From: Marispirochaeta sp.
GTDB lineage: Bacteria; Spirochaetota; Spirochaetia; JC444; Marispirochaetaceae
Direction of reading: 5' to 3'
Length of the DNA: 64,000 nucleotides
Assembly: GCA_963676835.2 (NCBI GenBank)
Contig: CAXXFF010000002.1
Location: 160,001-224,000, forward strand
Shown: positions 41,101 through 50,100 of the stretch, one piece after another
Position numbering within the stretch: position 1 is the first letter of the stretch
Layout of the letters: every line of letters begins with the position of its first letter
Made by a program: the position numbers and the translations under genes
The notes under the pieces: model-generated
What the model was told of the DNA's origin: nothing
The model's database searches: none
Seen by the model: the letters and a program-made list of their open reading frames with translations, nothing else

Positions 41101-44100
41101 TCATTGTCCGTATCACCCGCATCGGTATCCGGGTCATCAAGAACAGCTGCTGCAGCAATGGGGATGCCTGCATTGGCGCCGCTGCCGAAGGCAACAAAAT
41201 CCCTGATCACCGTAATATCATGGCTGTTGGTATCGATAGTGCCGTTATACAACACAAAATCCCTGCTCACAGAGAGATCACAATGGAAGTCTATAGTATC
41301 ACCGGCAGAATCGATAAACACACTGCTGAAATTGGTAAGCTCGGTGGTTCCGCCTCCATGAACTCCGATTTCGCCATTGCCGGAGAGATCAATCCGAACA
41401 TCATAAACGGTACTGAAGTAACGCTGATTCTGTGCACATTTATAGTACTGCCCATTCAGAAAAATAGTACCGGTACTCTGAACATCGATATTTGTCCCTG
41501 CAGCGCCATCAACACCGTTCTGTGCAGCACTGCCGATACTTGCCAGGGTAATATCTGCACCATCGAAATCAAGATGATGCATTTCGCCGTTGGCAGCTGT
41601 TCCTATATCCCCAATGACCTGCAGATTACCGGTGCCAGAGTCCGCCTGCAGCATGCGGTCATTGACTGTGTTATCATCCGCATCGATATCTCCGGAAAAC
41701 TGAATATCCCCGATGCCCGCGCTGGAAACTGTAGCATCTCCGATCATAATGATATTACTGGCAAGGGTGATATTCCCCGCGGGGTTTGAAATATTATTCC
41801 CCAGGTTAATATCAACCGCCGCAGTAAGGGTAATCTGCCCTCCGTCACCGGTAATACCGGATCCTGCAACTGTTACGGTAATATCCCCTGCAGTGGTGTC
41901 AAGAGTAACAATACCGCCGCCGGTCTGGGATATGCCAGCCACATCAACATTATCAGTTTCATCAATATCTATGGCATTGGCGGTACTGTTGGTAAGATCC
42001 AGGGATGTTACCGCAGTATCCAGGGCAATGCCGTTTGCTGCACTTATGGTCAGGGCACCTGCATCGATATCGCTGGCCCCGTCTGCAAGGGCATCACTGA
42101 CAGCACCGTTTCCGGTAATGGAAACATCTCCTGTACCGGCATCAACCAGCCCCACAGGCAGGTTGCCGATGCTCTGCAGGTAGATATCACCGCCGCCTGT
42201 GGATGTATCTCCGTTCAGCGCTGTTGCAGCGGTTACTTCTATATCAAGCACTCCGGCTCCGCCGATGGCTCCGTTTACCGCATTCAGGGTAACCGTCGCA
42301 CCGTTCACCAGGGCAGTTTCGGTTCCCGTTCCGTCTATCAGACTGCCCGCAGTAGAACTTACTGTTATATCTCCTGCATCGTTGTTCACCACTGCCTGAT
42401 TAAAGGTGATTCCCGTTCCAGCCTGAATGCTTATCGCCGCTCCGGCATCTGCGTTTCCTGAATCAACAAGGGTAACTCCCGTTACCGTTGCTACTGTTCC
42501 AATTACAAGGGCATCCGTTTCAATCAGCGTAAGGTTGCCGGTATCCGTCTCTGCTCCCACGGTTCCAACGGCAATATTCAGATCCGTAATGCCCGTTCCA
42601 GCGGTCAAAGCAAGGGTCTGGGCAGAGATTACCTCCGCAGCGGCCACTCCGTCATCTATAGTTCCCGACGCCGTAAGTGCTACCTGATTGGTTCCGGCTA
42701 TATCGTTTATATCAACCACGGTAATATTGCCGCCGCTGGCTGTTATCGATACATCGCCGTTATTCGGCTCTATCAGCGTAAGGGTTATGTTGTCTGTCTC
42801 GGTTACACTTATATTTCCGGCGGCACTGGTCTGCAGATCTGCATTATCTACCGCAGCCACCACCGTAATGGATCCAGCAGCATCCGCGGTCAGCACATTT
42901 CCGGTTATCCCGGTGGAACCGTTATCGGTAATGGCCCCGCCCTGGGCATCCAGAATCACATCATTCAGCTGTCCCGCTCCGCCAAGCACTTCGGTTACAC
43001 TGATCCCGGCCCCCGTGGAGGTAAGGGTAATGTCATTGGCGTCGTTCGACACAGCCGAACTGTCCACAAGTACTGCGCTTATGGCTCCCGCGGCACTGAC
43101 TGTTATCGAGCCGTTTGCAGTAACCACCGATGTAAGGCTTATCCCGTTTGTCTCGGTAATCGTCAGGTCCGCCGCTCCGTTCATGGCGGCCGTCAGGTTG
43201 GTTATATTCGTGCTGATGCTTTCCGTCACACCGCCGTAGAAATAGAGGGTTCCCGCTCCCCAGGTGTTGTTCGAAAGCAGGGTATCTGTATTGTCGGAAA
43301 TATCTCCAACTGCGGAAAAGTACAGCGTCCCGGTGGTACTTATTGCCGCATCAGGAAGCTCAAGAGTGCTTGTACTCGACACAAGACCAAGATTATCCGC
43401 ATTACCGATGGTCATGGCGTTTACATCAATTGCCAGGTCGTTCGTTATCCGCGTATACCCGGTGGAGCCGTTTCCGGGATTCAGTACGCTCACCGCAAGG
43501 GCCGTTCCCGTGTTATCAACAGCAATCTCGCTTCCCGCGCCTGTCGCCGTTGCACTCAGGGTGCTTACTGCTGTTTCAAGGGCATCCGTTGAAGCCCCGG
43601 TCACATCCCCGGTTCCACCGGAGATATCGCCGATATCGTCGACGGCTGTCAACGTCAGGACTGACGAGGTGACATTATCAAGAGCACCGTTGGCATCGGA
43701 AATATCTCCGGTACTGTCAATTATCACGGTGCCGCCGGGTGCACTTACCGCTCCAAGCAGCAGGTCGCCGATGGAATCGAAGCTGATATCTGTTCCGGCC
43801 GTTGCGGCAACACTGGTGGTTCCCGTGACATCGATAACCGTCGCGTTTCCGATGGAACCCGCCGTCGATGTCAGCGAAATCGTTGCTCCGCTTATATCCG
43901 CGACACCGTCATCTCCACGGCCGTTGATATTCCCTCCAACACTTGTGACAGAAACTGCTCCGCCTGTTGCACTCAAGGTTCCAAGCAGGATGTCATCATC
44001 TGCGGTGAAGGTGATCCCACCGGCTCCGGCGGTGATTACCGATGTAGTCAACGACATATCGATTCCGCCGGTGTTGTTTCCGTCGCTGTCCGCCGCAAGG

Positions 44101-47100
44101 GTTACCAGCGCTCCGTTGGAGGTAATATCCGACTCGGCATTCGACAGAAGGATATCGCCGTAGCTGCTGATGCTTACCGCACCGCCGCTGGTCGAGACTA
44201 TGCCGTCTCCAAGGGATACATCCGTATCGGCCACCGGGGCACGGGGTGTAAAATCGAAGGTTCCCGCTCCGTTGACTCCGGCGGTGATTGAGACTGCTCC
44301 GGGATTGTTTACAACCATGAAGGCATTTGCGGGAACGGTGGTAAAACTGGAACCCTCGATGCTGATATTCTGACCCGCCGTTATGCTTCCGGCTGCCTGA
44401 ATACGCACACCGCCGGAGCCGTCGTTATCAAAGTCAGATATCAGGGTCAGATTACTTCCGGCACCTGCCGCGGTAATATCAGCGGCTATATCAATATCAT
44501 CATCAACACTGACGGTCCATGATCCGCTTATGGTGATATCCGCACTGAAAACGACAGCCCCGCTGCTGCCGTCAAGATCTATATCCCCGGCACCAAGGGT
44601 AGGCGCGAATCCCAGATCCACACCCTCATGAAGGGTAAGAGTTCCGCCTCCGCCGCCGGATGTAGTAAAGCTGTTGACCGCGGAATCTACAACAATGCCG
44701 TTGGCTCCGGTAATAAAGATATCTCCGCCGGTTACCGCGGAGCTGTCAATGTCGGCACTTGCCGGAATATTCAGCAACCCGCCACCGGTCTGATTGAAGG
44801 TGAGTATTCCTCCGGGCTGACTCAACTGATTTAAGTCAACGGCTGCAGCGTTTGTGTTGGTTACTGTGACAAGAGTACCGGCTGATGCTGAAAGTGAAAT
44901 ATCCGTTGCATCCGTTTCAAGAATGTTTGCTCCGCCAATATCTCCGGCCGCAGAAATGATAACTGAAGAACCGACAAAATCGGCAGCTCCGTCATTCACC
45001 GATTCAAGCAGGGTCCCGGAAGAACTTACGCTTATGTTCCCCGCCCCGGCATCAACCAGCCCCACAGGCAGGTTGCCGATGCTCTGCAGGTAGATATCAC
45101 CGCCGCCTGTGGATGTATCTCCGTTCAGCGCTGTTGCAGCGGTTACTTCTATATCAAGCACTCCGGCTCCGCCGATGGCTCCGTTTACCGCATTCAGGGT
45201 AACCGTCGCACCGTTCACCAGGGCAGTTTCGGTTCCCGTTCCGTCTATCAGACTGCCCGCAGTAGAACTTACTGTTATATCTCCTGCATCGTTGTTCACC
45301 ACTGCCTGATTAAAGGTGATTCCCGTTCCAGCCTGAATGCTTATCGCCGCTCCGGCATCTGCGTTTCCTGAATCAACAAGGGTAACTCCCGTTACCGTTG
45401 CTACTGTTCCAATTACAAGGGCATCCGTTTCAATCAGCGTAAGGTTGCCGGTATCCGTCTCTGCTCCCACGGTTCCAACGGCAATATTCAGATCCGTAAT
45501 GCCCGTTCCAGCGGTCAAAGCAAGGGTCTGGGCAGAGATTACCTCCGCAGCGGCCACTCCGTCATCTATAGTTCCCGACGCCGTAAGTGCTACCTGATTG
45601 GTTCCGGCTATATCGTTTATATCAACCACGGTAATATTGCCGCCGCTGGCTGTTATCGATACATCGCCGTTATTCGGCTCTATCAGCGTAAGGGTTATGT
45701 TGTCTGTCTCGGTTACACTTATATTTCCGGCGGCACTGGTCTGCAGATCTGCATTATCTACCGCAGCCACCACCGTAATGGATCCAGCAGCATCCGCGGT
45801 CAGCACATTTCCGGTTATCCCGGTGGAACCGTTATCGGTAATGGCCCCGCCCTGGGCATCCAGAATCACATCATTCAGCTGTCCCGCTCCGCCAAGCACT
45901 TCGGTTACACTGATCCCGGCCCCCGTGGAGGTAAGGGTAATGTCATTGGCGTCGTTCGACACAGCCGAACTGTCCACAAGTACTGCGCTTATGGCTCCCG
46001 CGGCACTGACTGTTATCGAGCCGTTTGCAGTAACCACCGATGTAAGGCTTATCCCGTTTGTCTCGGTAATCGTCAGGTCCGCCGCTCCGCTCATGGAGGC
46101 CGTCAGGTTGGTTATATTCGTGCTGATACTTTCGTCATTTCCGGTGCCGTAGAAATAGAGGGTTCCCGCTGCCCAGGTGTTATTCGACAACAGGGTATCC
46201 GTATTGTCGCTGATATCGCCGGCGGCGGAGAAGTAGAGGATTCCCGTGGTACTGATTGCAGCATCAGGCAGTTCAAGAGTGCTTGCACTCGACACAAGAC
46301 CAAGATTATCCGCATTACCGATGGTCATGGCGTTTACATCAATTGCCAGGTCGTTCGTTATCCGCGTATACCCGGTGGAGCCGTTTCCGGGATTCAGTAC
46401 GCTCACCGCAAGGGCCGTTCCCGTGTTATCAACAGCAATCTCGCTTCCCGCGCCTGTCGCCGTTGCACTCAGGGTGCTTACTGCTGTTTCAAGGGCATCC
46501 GTTGAAGCCCCGGTCACATCCCCGGTTCCACCGGAGATATCGCCGATATCGTCGACGGCTGTCAACGTCAGGACTGACGAGGTGACATTATCAAGAGCAC
46601 CGTTGGCATCGGAAATATCTCCGGTACTGTCAATTATCACGGTGCCGCCGGGTGCACTTACCGCTCCAAGCAGCAGGTCGCCGATGGAATCGAAGCTGAT
46701 ATCTGTTCCGGCCGTTGCGGCAACACTGGTGGTTCCCGTGACATCGATAACCGTCGCGTTTCCGATGGAACCCGCCGTCGATGTCAGCGAAATCGTTGCT
46801 CCGCTTATATCCGCGACACCGTCATCTCCACGGCCGTTGATATTCCCTCCAACACTTGTGACAGAAACTGCTCCGCCTGTTGCACTCAAGGTTCCAAGCA
46901 GGATGTCATCATCTGCGGTGAAGGTGATCCCACCGGCTCCGGCGGTGATTACCGATGTAGTCAACGACATATCGATTCCGCCGGTGTTGTTTCCGTCGCT
47001 GTCCGCCGCAAGGGTTACCAGCGCTCCGTTGGAGGTAATATCCGACTCGGCATTCGACAGAAGGATATCGCCGTAGCTGCTGATGCTTACCGCACCGCCG

Positions 47101-50100
47101 CTGGTCGAGACTATACCGTCTGCAAGGGATACATTCGTATCGGCCACCCAGAAACGCGGGGTAAAATCGAAGGTTCCCGCTCCGTTGACTCCGGCGGTGA
47201 TCGACACTGCTCCGGGATTGTTTACAACCATGAAGGCGTTTGCTGGAACGGCGGTAAAACTGGAGCCCTCAATGCTGATATTCTGGCCCGCTGTTATGCT
47301 TCCGGCTGCCTGGATCCTCACACCGCCGGAGCCGTCGTTATCAAAGTCAGATATCAAGGTAAGATTACTTCCGGCACCTGCCGCGGTAATATCAGCGGCT
47401 ATATCAATATCATCATCAACACTGACGGTCCATGATCCGCTTATGGTGATATCCGCACTGAAAACGACAGCCCCGCTGCTGCCGTCAAGATCTATATCCC
47501 CGGCACCAAGGGTAGGCGCGAATCCCAGATCCACACCCTCATGAAGGGTAAGGGTGCCGCTTCCACCGCCGGCTGTAGTAAAGCTGTTGACCGCGGAATC
47601 TACAACAATGCCGTTAGCGCCGGTAATAAAGATATCTCCGCCGGTTACCGCGGAGCTGTCAATGTCGGCACTTGCCGGAATATTCAGCAACCCGCCGCCG
47701 GTCTGGCTGAAGGTTAGAGTACCTCCGGGCTGGCTTAACTGGTTTAAGGCGACTGGTGCTGCATTTGTATTGGTTACCGTTACAAGTGTACCGACTGAAG
47801 CGGTTATGCTCAGGTCCGTTGCATCGGTTTCAAGAATATTCGCACCGCCGATATTTCCGGCAGAAGCAAGACTGATCGAAGCACCGACAAAATCGGCAGC
47901 TACGTCATTTGCCGATTCAAGCACAGTGCCTGAAGAAGTTACGCTTATGTTCCCCGCCCCGGCAGTAACCAGCCCCACAGGAAGGTTGCCAATACTCTGC
48001 AGGTAGATATCACCGCCGCCGGTGGCGGTATCTCCGTTCAACTCAGTTGCAGCGATTACTTCTATATCAAGCACTCCGGCTCCACCGATGGCTCCGTTGA
48101 CCGCATTCAGGTTTACTGCAGCTCCACTGAACAGTGCCGTCTCGCCACCGGTATTATCAATAATATTTCCGGTGGATGCGGTACAGGTAATATCTCCGGC
48201 ATCATTATTTATAATCGGCTGAGTCAGGGTAACAGTACTACCGGACTGAATGGTAATAACCGCACCGGAATCAGCAGCTCCACTGTCAATCAAGGTTATT
48301 CCGGCTACGGTATCGACGGTTGTCACATTTATGGCGTTATCGGCAATAATGGAAAGATTACCCGTATCCGTTTCCGCAGCCAGGTTGCTGACATCCACAT
48401 TAAGATCAGTAATGCCGCTTCCCGCGGTCAGGCGTAAATCCCGGGTGGAAATGACTTCAGCTGCGGCAGCTCCATCATCAATGCTGCCGAAGGCGTTAAG
48501 AGTTACACGGCTAATTGTGCTTACATCATTGATATCAACTACGGTGATATTCCCCGCCACAGAAACCACATCGATTGTTCCGCTGTTTGCCGTCACCACG
48601 GTCAGGGTAATGTTATCCGCTTCAGATATGTCAATGGCACCCGCCGCACTGGTGGTTACAGAAAGAGAAGTCAGATCCGTATCGGCACTGACGGCGCCGG
48701 CAGCAGTTATGGTTCCGACACTCCCGCTGATGTCTGCTGTTCCGTCAGCGTCGGTAACAGCTCCGGCGGAATCAAGAATAACACTGCCGGTTCCGGCATC
48801 TATAACGCCAAGAGGCATTGCAGCTGTTGTGGAAAGATAGATATCTCCGCCGGCGGTTGAAGTATCCGCATTAAGGGCGGTGGTGATAGTAACTTCCACA
48901 TCTCCGGCAGCGGCTGCACCGATTGCACCGCTTACTGCATTCAAAGATACGGTGGCTCCGGAAACCAGTGCTGTTTCCGCTCCCGAACCGTCTGTTATAG
49001 AGCCGCCGGAAGAAGTGATGTTTACATTACCTCCGGTTGAACTGATAAGATTTGTTAGGGAAAGTCCGGCGGAAACGGCTATATCAATCAGGCCGGCGGC
49101 TTCTACGGTACTGCCCTGGGTGAAGCCGGCGGCATCCAGGTTCAGACTGGCCAAATCCGTCGCAGCCCCCCAGGTTGCCGTACTGCTTACTGTTCCGCCG
49201 GTACCTCCATTTACTGTCAGGTCAAATCCGCCGGTTATGGAACCAACTGTAATATTTGCCCCCGCCGGGTTTCCGTTGGAAGTGGCATCAATAGCTGTGG
49301 TCGCGGTTAGGGTAAGAGCGGTAGTATCGAGATCAATTACACCGGCTTCACTCAGAAGAGAACCGGCAAGTGATTTTACCCCGGCCGTCGCGGTTAACCC
49401 GCCTGTAAAGGTGATGGAATCACCCGCAGCACTGCCAAACGTAGTTGTCCCGGTATTGCTCAAGGTGGTATTACCGGCAATGGAAGAGGTCTGCCCGCCG
49501 GTATCGGCATTAAAACTCAGGTCGAAGGCCACACCGGCACCGACACTTAAACCGGTGCTTATGGTTAGCGCATCATTAAATGTGATGGATCCGCCTGTCT
49601 TGTTTAAAACCATCGTATTGAAGGCGTTGCCCCCGGATGTTACAGACTGAGCACCGGTTCCATTGAACTGCACGGTGCCGCTGCTGTGAGTAAATGTTGT
49701 GGGAGCAAAATCGCCGCCTACAGAGGTTGTTCCGCTTGTTGCGGTGTAGGTATCTATAAGCAGGTCGCCGGTAAAGGTTACGGAACCTGTGCCGCCGTCT
49801 ATACTTCCGCTGCCGGAGGTGTCGTCACCGACGGAGAGAGTTCCGGTACCAACTGTCATAGCTCCATCGATAAACAGATCATTACCTATGGTAAAAGTCT
49901 CAGCTCCTACGTCAAAGGTTGCACCTGCCTCAATGATAACCTGACCTACAGTAGGGCTAACCCCTCCTCCTGAATCCAGATCAGGGTAAGAACCTAGGCC
50001 TCCGGGGATATAGATAGAATCGGCTGTTGTATTGGGTATGCCGACGGGACTCCAGTTAACATTATTACTGAAATCGCCGTCAAACCCGCCACCTGTCCAG

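Noticed and set aside
43590..46830. ISGAT/VTGAS strings in the giant protein as ApbE flavinylation sites
   Set aside because: The Asp is at -2 rather than the -3 of Dxx(S/T)GA(S/T), and such strings are expected in G/A/S/T-rich beta-helix repeats
42136..47958. Near-identical repeat pair as a diversity-generating retroelement TR/VR
   Set aside because: Far too long; differences are not adenine-specific; no reverse transcriptase in the window
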